Below are positions 11,813 through 20,245 of a stretch of 64,000 nucleotides of DNA, piece after piece. Numbering within the stretch: position 1 is the first letter of the stretch; every line of letters starts with the position of its first letter. The notes beneath the pieces were generated by a model that made no database searches, was not told where the DNA came from, and saw only the letters and a list, made by a program, of their open reading frames with translations. Source of the stretch: an uncultured Myxococcales bacterium (GTDB taxonomy: Bacteria > Myxococcota_A > Polyangia > Fen-1088); assembly GCA_964647025.1 (NCBI GenBank), contig CAZYFU010000010.1, positions 10,047 to 74,046 on the forward strand, written 5' to 3'. A program made the translations under genes and the position numbers.

Positions 11813-12922
11813 ATGAGGGACCTCGACCGAAACGAGATACTGAGGTGGCTCGCCTGCGACGACGCGACCGCGCTCGAGGAGCTTTGGGGCGAGGCAGACC
11901 GGGTGCGCCGAGAGCACGTGGGCGACGAGGTCCACCTGCGTGGGCTCATCGAGATCTCGAATCACTGCTTACGCCAGTGCCACTACTGCGGGCTGCGCGC
12001 GGGCAACCTCGACATCACCCGCTACCGCATGAAGCCAGACGAGATCGTGGCGGCTGCCAAGCTGGCGCGGGATTTTCGCTATGGCACGGTGGTGCTTCAA
12101 GCTGGCGAAGACGAGGGGCTGACCGTGGACATGGTGAGCGACATCGTCCGTCGCATCAAGCAGGAGGCTGGCCTGGCTGTCACGCTGAGCCTGGGCGAAC
12201 GTACGCCAGGCGAGCTGCGTGCTTGGCGTCAGGCCGGCGCCGACCGCTATCTGCTTCGCTTCGAGACGTCGAACAGCGAGCTCTTTGCCCGCATGCACCC
12301 GCCTCGCGGCGGGAACCGGACGCCTCGCATGGAGTTGCTCCGCCAGCTCGGCCCCCTCGGCTATGAGGTGGGCAGCGGCGTGATGCTGGGCATTCCCGGT
12401 CAGACCATGCACGACCTCGTGAACGATCTCTTGCTCTTCCGCGAGCTGGACCTCGACATGATCGGTGTGGGGCCGTTCATCGCGCACCCGGCGACGCCGT
12501 TCGGGCAAAGCGACCAGCCGCCGGTGCCGGACCAAGTTCCTGCCACCGAGCTCATGACGTACAAGGTGGTGGCGCTGACTCGGCTCCTGTGCCCCGATGC
12601 GAACATCCCCAGCACCACGGCCTTGGCCACGCTGAACATCGCAGAAGGTCGCGAGCTGGGACTGGCCCGGGGCGCCAACATCGTGATGCCCAACATGACG
12701 CCGCCCGAGTACCGCGTGCACTACGAGATCTATCCCGCCAAGGCGTGCATTCGCGAGACCGCGGATTTGTGCAACCGGTGCATCACAGGCCGCATTCAGA
12801 AAATCGGTCGTCGCATCGGTGAGGGCACGGGCGCCTCGCCCAACATCCGTCGTCGCAACCGCGCGGGACTCGAGAAGATGTCGCCGGCCGAAGCCCCGCG
12901 GGGACTGCGAAGAAACGGGTAG
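11813..12922 (+). CDS. radical SAM enzyme, HydE/PylB/BioB-like subfamily
   Basis: CX3CX2C motif in LIEISNHCLRQCHYCGLRAGN, close to the HydE/PylB consensus, with a TIM-barrel-type downstream sequence. ATG at 11813 (MRDLDRNEILRWL) is preferred over the ORF start at 11732. Confidence 0.7.
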   Translation: MRDLDRNEILRWLACDDATALEELWGEADRVRREHVGDEVHLRGLIEISNHCLRQCHYCGLRAGNLDITRYRMKPDEIVAAAKLARDFRYGTVVLQAGEDEGLTVDMVSDIVRRIKQEAGLAVTLSLGERTPGELRAWRQAGADRYLLRFETSNSELFARMHPPRGGNRTPRMELLRQLGPLGYEVGSGVMLGIPGQTMHDLVNDLLLFRELDLDMIGVGPFIAHPATPFGQSDQPPVPDQVPATELMTYKVVALTRLLCPDANIPSTTALATLNIAEGRELGLARGANIVMPNMTPPEYRVHYEIYPAKACIRETADLCNRCITGRIQKIGRRIGEGTGASPNIRRRNRAGLEKMSPAEAPRGLRRNG

Positions 12923-12995
12923 GTCGTCTCGCCGAGGCGATGGCCGGGGCTACCGAGGTCGCCCCAGCCGACCGAGCCTCGACGCGAGGCGTTTG

Positions 12996-14288
12996 CTACG
13001 CCAGCGCCAGGGCTTCATCGAGCGCGCCGAGGAGGTCGTCGGGGTGCTCGAGGCCGATGGACAGGCGGATGAGATCCGGGGTCAGGCCTCCGGCGCGCTG
13101 CTGCTCCTCCGAGAGCTGCGAGTGCGAGGTGCTGGCCGGGTGGAGGATCAGGCTCTTGGCATCGCCGACGTTGGCCAGGTGCGAGAACAGCTTGATGTTG
13201 TCGATGACCTTCACCGCCGACGGATAGCCGCCCTTCACGCCGAATACCACCATGCCGCCGAAGCCCTGCTTGAGGTACTTGCCGGCCAGATCGTGGCTGG
13301 GGTCGTCCTTGAGACCCGGGTAGCGGACCCAGGCCACCTTGGCATGCTTCTTCAAGTGCTCTGCGACCTTCAGCGCGTTCGCGCTGTGTTTCTCCATGCG
13401 CACGGACAGGGTCTCGATGCCCTGCAGGAGCAGGAACGAGTTGTCGGGCGCGATCGCGGCACCCAGGTTGCGCAGCGGAACCGTGCGCACGCGAAGGGCG
13501 AAGGCGATGGGGGCCAGGGCATCGGGCAGATCGTGTGCCCAGCGCAGGCCGTGGTAATTGCTGTCCGGCTCGTTGAGCAGCGGGAAGCGAGGGTTTCCCT
13601 TCCACTGGAACTTGCCCGAGTCCGTGACGCTGCCGCCGATGGCGGAACCATGGCCACCCAGCCACTTGGTGAGCGAGTTGACCACGATGTCGGCGCCGTG
13701 CTCGATGGTGCGAAGGAGGTAGGGCGTCGTGAAGGTTCCGTCGACGATGAGCGGCAGCCCGTGCTTGTGAGCTACATCGGCCACGGCGGCCACGTCGGTG
13801 AAGTCGAGCGCCGGGTTGCCGATGGTCTCGACGAAGAGCGCGCGGGTCTTGTCGGTGATCGCCTTGGCGAAGCTCTTCGGATCCCTGGCGTCGACGAAGA
13901 TCGTCTTGATCCCAAGCTGCGGCAAGATGGAGTCGAACTGGGTGTACGTGCCGCCGTACAAGTTGCTCGCCGAGACGATCTCGTCGCCTGCCTGTGCGAG
14001 CGTGATGATGGCGTAGAAGATGGCCGACGTCCCCGACGCCACGGCCACCGAGGCCGCGCCACCTTCGAGCTGCGATATCCGTTGCTCGAGGATGTCGGTC
14101 GTCGGATTCATGAGCCGGGTGTAGATGTTGCCGAGCTCTTTGAGCGCGAACAGGTTCGCGGCGTGCTCGGTGTTCTTGAAGACGTAGGACGTGGTCCGGT
14201 AGACGGGCACGCCCCGGGAAAGCGTGGCGTCTAGCGACTGTCCTGCATGGAGGGCCAAAGTTTCGAAGTGGTACGGCTTCGCGCTCAT
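12996..14288 (-). CDS. metY: O-acetylhomoserine sulfhydrylase / aminocarboxypropyltransferase (PLP-dependent)
   Basis: MSAKPYHFETLALHAGQ N-terminus. PLP-binding Lys context NSLTKWLGGHG. Cys/Met-metabolism PLP enzyme family throughout, about 430 aa. Confidence 0.9.
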   Translation of the reverse strand: MSAKPYHFETLALHAGQSLDATLSRGVPVYRTTSYVFKNTEHAANLFALKELGNIYTRLMNPTTDILEQRISQLEGGAASVAVASGTSAIFYAIITLAQAGDEIVSASNLYGGTYTQFDSILPQLGIKTIFVDARDPKSFAKAITDKTRALFVETIGNPALDFTDVAAVADVAHKHGLPLIVDGTFTTPYLLRTIEHGADIVVNSLTKWLGGHGSAIGGSVTDSGKFQWKGNPRFPLLNEPDSNYHGLRWAHDLPDALAPIAFALRVRTVPLRNLGAAIAPDNSFLLLQGIETLSVRMEKHSANALKVAEHLKKHAKVAWVRYPGLKDDPSHDLAGKYLKQGFGGMVVFGVKGGYPSAVKVIDNIKLFSHLANVGDAKSLILHPASTSHSQLSEEQQRAGGLTPDLIRLSIGLEHPDDLLGALDEALALA

Positions 14289-14412
14289 GATCAATCCCGA
14301 TCCTTTCTCGTCTTTCGTCTCGTTGCTGAGTCGAGGGTGTACCACAGCGACCCCTGACGTCAAGAATGAAAGACGAGTGTCTTGTAAAACAGATGATGTC
14401 CGTTCGCGCGGG

Positions 14413-15081
14413 TCAGCGGGCGTAGATGATCAGGTTGTGGTACCTGGCCTCCGACGTGCCCGGGTTTTCGTAGGCATGCGTCTCGTCGGCGCGGAACGAC
14501 ACCGAATCCCCCGGGCCCAACTCCTGCACGTGGCCAGACACACGCAGGGTGAGCATACCGCTCAGAACGACCAGGATCTCTCGCGTTCCCGGCGCGTGCG
14601 GGTCGGACGCGTGGGAGGCCCGGGCCGCGAGTCTCAGCTCGTATAGCTCGACCCAGGGATTCGATCCCGCTGGTGACAGTGGACGGCTTTCCATTTTACC
14701 GTCGGCCGACCTGAGGATCTGCGCGTCGGTGCGTCGCAACACGGAGATGCCCTGTTCCTCGCCGCCGATCAACTCGGAGAACGGGATGCCGAGGCCGACC
14801 GCGATCTTCCACAGAACGCCGAGCGACGGATTGCTCTTGAACAGCTCTATTTGCGACAGCGCGGCCCGGCTGACGCCCGAGGCGAGCGCGAGCTCGTCGA
14901 GGGATAGCCCGCGCGCCTTGCGCTTCTCGCGCAGTTGCAGTCCCACGCGTCTCGCCAAATCCGCGGCACCGACGTCGTCGCCGGGCGGCAGCGGGGCTTT
15001 TCGCAGCGCGATCGCCGTGGCACGTTTTGCACTCGACGGGACAGATGTCTTTTCTTTCTTCATGCGGCCTCGCGGCGTCAC
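14413..15081 (-). CDS. XRE-family transcriptional regulator with C-terminal cupin domain
   Basis: HTH_3 region LREKRKARGLSLDELALASGVSRAALSQIE followed by a cupin sensor domain (GTREILVVLSGMLTLRV...GDSVSFRADETHAYEN). The start may instead be MKKEKTS at 15063. Confidence 0.75.
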   Translation of the reverse strand: MTPRGRMKKEKTSVPSSAKRATAIALRKAPLPPGDDVGAADLARRVGLQLREKRKARGLSLDELALASGVSRAALSQIELFKSNPSLGVLWKIAVGLGIPFSELIGGEEQGISVLRRTDAQILRSADGKMESRPLSPAGSNPWVELYELRLAARASHASDPHAPGTREILVVLSGMLTLRVSGHVQELGPGDSVSFRADETHAYENPGTSEARYHNLIIYAR

Positions 15082-15352
15082 GATAGCAAAAGTCGAGCGA
15101 ACGTACAGAAGAACGCCGGTTGGTCCGTCCTGAGCCTTGTCCGCGCGGTCCTTGGACTTGTCGCGTGCGCGACCGGAAAACAGCGTGCACCGAGCGGTTC
15201 CGAACCTTCAAAAATCTGGAGGCCCGACTCTCGATATGCAAAAGACGAATGATTTGATAAGTCGGTTGCTCGAACCGAGGGCGTCGCGTGTTGTTACCGC
15301 TGGACTTCATTGTCCAGCCCCTTCACCATTGTCGGATTCAGGAGTTCACCAC

Positions 15353-16651
15353 ATGCGGTTTGGTGCAGTATCGACCATCACGTTGCTGTCCGCGGTTGCC
15401 TTCGTCGCCTGTTTTCCCAGCTCTCCGATGAAAGATCCGACGCCGGGTGACGGCGGGAGCAGCGGAAGCGGCGGTGCGTCCTCATCTTCGTCCTCCGGAG
15501 GTGCCCAGTCGAACGGTGGGTCGTCTTCCGGAGGGGCGTCCGCGTCGGGCGGCAGCGGTGGCGAGACCTCTGGCGGTGCTCAGGGCGGTGCCATGAGCCA
15601 GGGCGGTGCCACTTCGTCGGGCACGGCTGCCGCGGGCGGGGCCAAGCCCACCGGGGGAACGACGGCGATCGGCGGCAATACTGGCGCTGGCGGCGTGACT
15701 CCCGGAGGCGGAACCAACGCGGCCGGTGGCGCTTCCGCCAGCGATTGCACCGACGAGCCTCCGCCACAAACGCCGACGTGTGCAGATTGGGCCGCATGGA
15801 ACACCTGCAGCGCTGATTGGTTCAAGAACTACTGCAATCGCAGCTGTGGACGGTGCACGGGTGGCAGCAGCAACGGGGGCGCTGGCGGGGGACAGAGCCG
15901 GGGTGGCGCTGGCGGCGCGGGTGGCGTAAGCCAAGGCGGCGCGGGTGGCAGCGGTAACAGCGGCGGTGGCGGCGTGCCGGGACCAAGCACCACCAACCCG
16001 CAGATCTCGGGAACCAACGGCTGGGTCAGCCGATACTGGGACTGCTGCAAGCCGTCCTGCGCGTGGAACACCAACCTCAAGGCCTGTCAGAAAGACGGAA
16101 TGACGCGCGTATCGGACAGGAACATGGAGTCCGTTTGTAAGAACGGCGGCGCCTACCAGTGCTACGACCTGTCACCCTGGTACGACGCCAACACGAACAT
16201 GTCCTATGGCTTCGTGGCCCACGGCGGTGGGTGTGGCACCTGCTACCTTCTGCAGTTCACCGGATCCAGCCACAACGGTGGCAACAATGCCGGCTGCGGG
16301 GCGATCAAGGGGCAGCAGATGATCGTGCAGAAGATCAACGACGGCGGTGACGTCGGCGGCGAGCAGTTCGACCTGCTCGTGCCCGGCGGCGGCGTTGGGC
16401 AGTTCAACGGTTGCACCAACCAATGGGGCTCCTCGACCGACCTCGGCTCCCAGTACGGCGGGCTGCTTTCGTCGTGCAAGGCCGATCCCGGCTGCATGAA
16501 GCAGAAGTGCCAGTCCGTGTTCGGCAACATGCCCGCACTGCTCGCTGGCTGCAACTGGTTCACCAACTGGTACAGCTCGGCCGACAACCCGTCCGTGGTC
16601 TATAAGCAGGTCACCTGTCCGCCCGAGATCACCGCCAGAAGCGGAATGTAG
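15353..16651 (+). CDS. secreted glycoside hydrolase family 45 endoglucanase with N-terminal ShK-like Cys module and Gly/Ser-rich linkers
   Basis: Signal peptide MRFGAVSTITLLSAVAFVA, then a linker of about 100 aa (Gly/Ser/Ala/Thr-rich). Six-Cys module CTDEPPPQTPTCADWAAWNTCSADWFKNYCNRSCGRC (C-x3-C-x2-C tail, ShKT-like), then a second linker. GH45 catalytic domain with hallmark YWDCCKPSCAW (catalytic Asp), QFDLLVPGGGVGQFNGCTNQWG (second catalytic Asp in FDL) and SADNPSVVYKQVTCPPEITARSG, which closely parallel Humicola EGV motifs. ggag RBS 8 nt upstream of the ATG. Confidence 0.9.
   Translation: MRFGAVSTITLLSAVAFVACFPSSPMKDPTPGDGGSSGSGGASSSSSSGGAQSNGGSSSGGASASGGSGGETSGGAQGGAMSQGGATSSGTAAAGGAKPTGGTTAIGGNTGAGGVTPGGGTNAAGGASASDCTDEPPPQTPTCADWAAWNTCSADWFKNYCNRSCGRCTGGSSNGGAGGGQSRGGAGGAGGVSQGGAGGSGNSGGGGVPGPSTTNPQISGTNGWVSRYWDCCKPSCAWNTNLKACQKDGMTRVSDRNMESVCKNGGAYQCYDLSPWYDANTNMSYGFVAHGGGCGTCYLLQFTGSSHNGGNNAGCGAIKGQQMIVQKINDGGDVGGEQFDLLVPGGGVGQFNGCTNQWGSSTDLGSQYGGLLSSCKADPGCMKQKCQSVFGNMPALLAGCNWFTNWYSSADNPSVVYKQVTCPPEITARSGM
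15420..15740. repeat. GGC/GGT/AGC-rich low-complexity coding repeat (Gly/Ser/Ala/Thr linker of GH45 protein); a second shorter block lies at about 15860-16000
   Basis: Runs of ggcgg / agcgg / tcgtc triplets visible in the sequence, encoding the linker …GGSSGSGGASSSSSSGGAQSNGGSSSGGASASGGSGGETSGG…. The same linker type (Gly/Ser/Ala-rich) is found in the lipoprotein at 59.3-59.9 kb. Confidence 0.6.
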
Positions 16652-16925
16652 CGGCAGGTCGGGGCGCCCGACCGGCGCGGGGTCACCCGCGATTCGGCAC
16701 GCGCCTTGGCGTTTTGTAGACGCGAAGTGTTGCGACGTCGACTCCATGGACCAGCGCGGCGAGCGGACTTATCCACACGTCCCTTCCCACTCCGCGGTGC
16801 CGAGCGGTTATCTCTTTGTGCTCCGATCCTGGCGACAACGTGTGCTCCAGCGCTCGTAGCGGGCTGTGGAATCGTCCACAGGCCCGGCAGCGATCGGGTA
16901 CATTTGGAATCACTGGAGTTTTTCG

Positions 16926-18905
16926 ATGCAGCTCAAATCTCCTGCGTGGCTTGTGGCAGCAGCCGTCCCTTTCCTCGCGTGTGCCAACGCTGACGTCATC
17001 ACCCCTGGCGCGGGCGGTGGCGGTAGTGGGGGCGGGGGCACCCCTGACGCCTCCATCATCCTCCCCGACGCGCTCGCCATCGGAATCAAGCAGGACGTCA
17101 AGCCCATCGTGCGAACCGGCTCCGACGCCAAGCCAGGGCCCAACTGCGGCAACGGCGAGCTGACCAAGGACGAGGCCTGCGACGACGGGAACAACAACGA
17201 CGGCGATGGCTGCGCCGCCAACTGCCTCAGCGTGGACCAGGGCTACAAGTGCGTGACGCCCGGTACGGCGTGCACCAAGGTTGCCCGCTGTGGTGACGGC
17301 TTGGTCGTGTTCCCCGAGCAGTGCGATGATGGCAACAAGAACAACGACGACGGCTGTTCCGACGCCTGCAAGATCGAGGTCACGTACAAGTGCGACGGCA
17401 ACCCCAGCGTGTGCACGCACACCACGTGTGGCGACGGCAAGATCGAGGGGGCGGAGAGCTGCGAGGACGGCAACAACCTGCCGTTCGACGGTTGCTCGGC
17501 CGAATGTACCAACGAACCCAAGTGCACGAGCGGTGTCTGCACCTCTCGTTGTGGTGATGGGATCGTGCTCGGCGAAGACTGTGACGATGGCAACAACACC
17601 GACGGCGATGGCTGCTCGGCCGACTGCAAGGTCGAGAGCGGCTTCAAGTGTGATCAGCCGACCCTCGGCGACAAGATGAAGGTCCCCGCCGTGTACCGCG
17701 ACTTCAACTATCGCAACCCGAGCGACTTCGAGGCCGGCGTCACCGGTTCGAAGACCCCGACCACGGGTCTGGTCAAGAGCGAGCTCGATGCCAACGGCAA
17801 GCCCGTGTACACCGGGGTCACCGGCAGCGCAGTTCACATCGAAAGCGCCGCTTCGTTCGCCAAGTGGTACACCAACGTCGAAGGCGTCAACCACGCGACG
17901 ACCGGCAAGCTGACCCTCTGGACCAACGGCAAGGGTGGCTATGTGAACCGGTACAAGGAGGACGGGACGCAGTACTTCAACACCGAGCCAGCCTACTACT
18001 GCGGAAACGTCGGCTCGGAGAAGGAAGACGACGAGGGGAACCCAATTCCCTGCACGTCGAAGTACGCCACCGAGACCGACTGCGACAAGCTCGCCGCCAA
18101 GGGCGAGGAGATGCTGCCAGGGAGCTGCGTCGCCACCAACGGTTCCTACACCGCCAGGTTCATTGTCTCGAAGATGGATGGCAACCCTTGCTTCTTCCCG
18201 GTCGACGACGACAACTTCTCGAAGGACAGAAACTACTCTCAGATTCCTCCGTACTACGACGCCTCGAAGTCGTGGCCGAAACAGACCGACGACACCGGCG
18301 CCGTGATCATGCACAACTTCAGCTTCACCAGCGAGGTGCGCTATTGGTTCAAGTTCGAGAAGAGCCAGACCTACACCCTCGACTTCGTGGGTGACGACGA
18401 CGTCTGGGTCTTCATCAACGGCAAGCTCGCAGTCGACCTGGGCGGCATCCACTCGCCGGTCAGTGGCAGCATCACGATCGGCTCGAACGGCAACGGCACC
18501 ACCACGGTGACGTCGTTCGATGACCAGGGCGTGGCGACCACCCCGACCACGTCGACCGTCAACCTCGGCCTGCAGGACGGCAAGGTCTACGAGGCGGCCG
18601 TCTTCCAAGCCGAGCGGCAGACCACCGGCTCGTCGTACAAGCTGACCTTGAGCGGGTTCAACGCCGCGCCCAGCCTATGCAAGCCCGACTGCGGCGACGG
18701 CGTCCTGCAAATCGGCGAGGAGTGCGACGACGGTGATCAAAACGGCAAGGGCGGCTACGGTAGCTGCGCCTCCGACTGCACCCTGCAGGCCGGCTTCTGC
18801 GGCGACGGCACGGTCCAAGATGACGAGGAGTGCGACGACGGCGCCTTGAACGGAACCGCCGACCACTGTCCGTCCGGCTGCCACTTCCTGATTCCGATCC
18901 TGTAG
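16926..18905 (+). CDS. secreted protein with Myxococcales-type Cys-rich repeats and a PA14/fibro-slime-like domain
   Basis: Signal peptide MQLKSPAWLVAAAVPFLACANA. At least five N-terminal and two C-terminal repeats of CGDG-x-(EQCDDGN-x3-DGCS-x-C) (Myxo disulfide-rich repeat). The central domain carries FVGDDDVWVFINGKLAVDLGGIH (PA14/fibro-slime motif). ggag RBS. Confidence 0.8.
   Translation: MQLKSPAWLVAAAVPFLACANADVITPGAGGGGSGGGGTPDASIILPDALAIGIKQDVKPIVRTGSDAKPGPNCGNGELTKDEACDDGNNNDGDGCAANCLSVDQGYKCVTPGTACTKVARCGDGLVVFPEQCDDGNKNNDDGCSDACKIEVTYKCDGNPSVCTHTTCGDGKIEGAESCEDGNNLPFDGCSAECTNEPKCTSGVCTSRCGDGIVLGEDCDDGNNTDGDGCSADCKVESGFKCDQPTLGDKMKVPAVYRDFNYRNPSDFEAGVTGSKTPTTGLVKSELDANGKPVYTGVTGSAVHIESAASFAKWYTNVEGVNHATTGKLTLWTNGKGGYVNRYKEDGTQYFNTEPAYYCGNVGSEKEDDEGNPIPCTSKYATETDCDKLAAKGEEMLPGSCVATNGSYTARFIVSKMDGNPCFFPVDDDNFSKDRNYSQIPPYYDASKSWPKQTDDTGAVIMHNFSFTSEVRYWFKFEKSQTYTLDFVGDDDVWVFINGKLAVDLGGIHSPVSGSITIGSNGNGTTTVTSFDDQGVATTPTTSTVNLGLQDGKVYEAAVFQAERQTTGSSYKLTLSGFNAAPSLCKPDCGDGVLQIGEECDDGDQNGKGGYGSCASDCTLQAGFCGDGTVQDDEECDDGALNGTADHCPSGCHFLIPIL
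17150..17660. repeat. tandem degenerate coding repeats (about 130 nt units) specifying Myxococcales Cys-rich repeats
   Basis: Recurrent motif …gacgacgg(c/g)aacaa(c/g)aacgacggcgatggctgc…tgc at about 17185, 17325, 17455, 17585, and again at 18725 and 18835. Confidence 0.6.
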
Positions 18906-18979
18906 TCCTTCGGGCCTGCACATTCGTCGCGCCGGGGACTGGCAACCCGGCGCGAAACCGTCGTACACTCGGGCCTTCC

Positions 18980-20239
18980 ATGCTCGACATACGACTCGTC
19001 CGCGAAAATCCCGATGATGTCCGCGCAGGCTTCCGCAAGCTGGGTGCGGAGGTGAACCTCGACGCGGTGATCGCCCTCGATGAGGCGGTCCGCAAGCTGA
19101 AGAACGACTCGCAAACCATCCAGGCCGACCAGAACCGCCTGTCGAAGGAGATGGCCAAGGCGACCCCCGAGCAGCGGGAGCAGATCAAGGCCAAGGGGGC
19201 TGCACTCAAGGAGCGCAACGAGCAGCTACTCAAGGATCTGGCGGCGCAGGAGGCCACGCTCGAGGAGAAGCTCTTGGAGTTGCCGAACCTGCCGCATCCC
19301 TCGGTGCCGGTGGGCAAGGACGAGTCCGAGAACCGGGTCGTGCGCGAGGAAGGCACGAAGCGCGACTTCGGCTTCACGCCGCAGGCCCACTGGGACCTCG
19401 GCCCCCGCTGGGGCGTGATCGACTTCGATCGCGGCGTGAAGATCTCGGGCAGTCGCTTCTACGTCCTCAAGGACTGGGGCGCGAAGCTCCAGCGTGCGCT
19501 GATCTCCTTCATGCTGGACCTCCACACCAGCAAGCACGGCTACACCGAGATCCTGCCGCCATTCATGGTTCGCCGCGACTGTCTCGTGGGTACCGGCAAC
19601 TTGCCCAAGTTCGGCGACAACCTGTACCGCGACATCAGCGAGGACTTCTGGTTCATCCCCACCGCCGAGGTCCCGGTCACCAACCTCTACCGTGAGGAGA
19701 TCCTCGATGGCGCCTCGCTGCCCATCAAGCACGTCGCCTTCACGGCGTGCTTCCGTCGCGAGCAGATGGCGGCCGGCCGCGATACCCGCGGCATCAAGCG
19801 CGGTCACCAATTCGACAAGGTCGAGCTGGTGAAGTTCGTGCATCCCGATACTTCGATGGACGAGCTCAAGGGGCTCCTGTCCGACGCCGAAGACGTGCTC
19901 AAGGCCCTCGACCTTCCGTACCGCGTGATCGAGATGTGCACCGGGGATCTGTCGTTCTCGGCCATGGTGAAGTTCGACCTCGAGTTGTGGGCGCCTGGCT
20001 GCGGCGAATGGTTGGAGGTCAGCTCGTGCTCGAATTTCGGCGACTTCCAGGCCCGACGCGCGAAGATCCGTTTCAAGGACGGTAAGAGCAACCGGTTCGT
20101 ACACACCCTGAACGGGTCGGCTCTGGCGCTGCCTCGGACGCTCATCGGAATTCTCGAGACCTACCAGCGCGCCGACGGCAAGCTGGACGTCCCGGCGGTG
20201 CTTCGTCCATACTTGGGTGGCATCGACGTTCTGGGGTAA
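18980..20239 (+). CDS. serS: seryl-tRNA synthetase
   Basis: MLDIRLVRENPDDVRAGFRKLG N-terminal coiled-coil arm and class II aaRS motifs (FRREQMAAGRDTRGIKRGHQFDKVE, GSALALPRTLIGILE). The internal ATG at 18980 is taken as the start. Confidence 0.95.
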   Translation: MLDIRLVRENPDDVRAGFRKLGAEVNLDAVIALDEAVRKLKNDSQTIQADQNRLSKEMAKATPEQREQIKAKGAALKERNEQLLKDLAAQEATLEEKLLELPNLPHPSVPVGKDESENRVVREEGTKRDFGFTPQAHWDLGPRWGVIDFDRGVKISGSRFYVLKDWGAKLQRALISFMLDLHTSKHGYTEILPPFMVRRDCLVGTGNLPKFGDNLYRDISEDFWFIPTAEVPVTNLYREEILDGASLPIKHVAFTACFRREQMAAGRDTRGIKRGHQFDKVELVKFVHPDTSMDELKGLLSDAEDVLKALDLPYRVIEMCTGDLSFSAMVKFDLELWAPGCGEWLEVSSCSNFGDFQARRAKIRFKDGKSNRFVHTLNGSALALPRTLIGILETYQRADGKLDVPAVLRPYLGGIDVLG

Positions 20240-20245
20240 CCCACC

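Noticed and set aside
15420-16000. Short GGC/AGC-rich direct repeats that could be mistaken for a CRISPR-like or VNTR array
   Set aside because: The repeats are irregular in unit and spacing and lie in-frame within the GH45 gene, encoding Gly/Ser linkers. There is no repeat-spacer architecture and there are no cas genes.
16683-18608. 641-aa minus-strand ORF
   Set aside because: It is antisense to the Cys-rich repeat/fibro-slime protein gene, whose repeats and signal peptide are clear on the plus strand.
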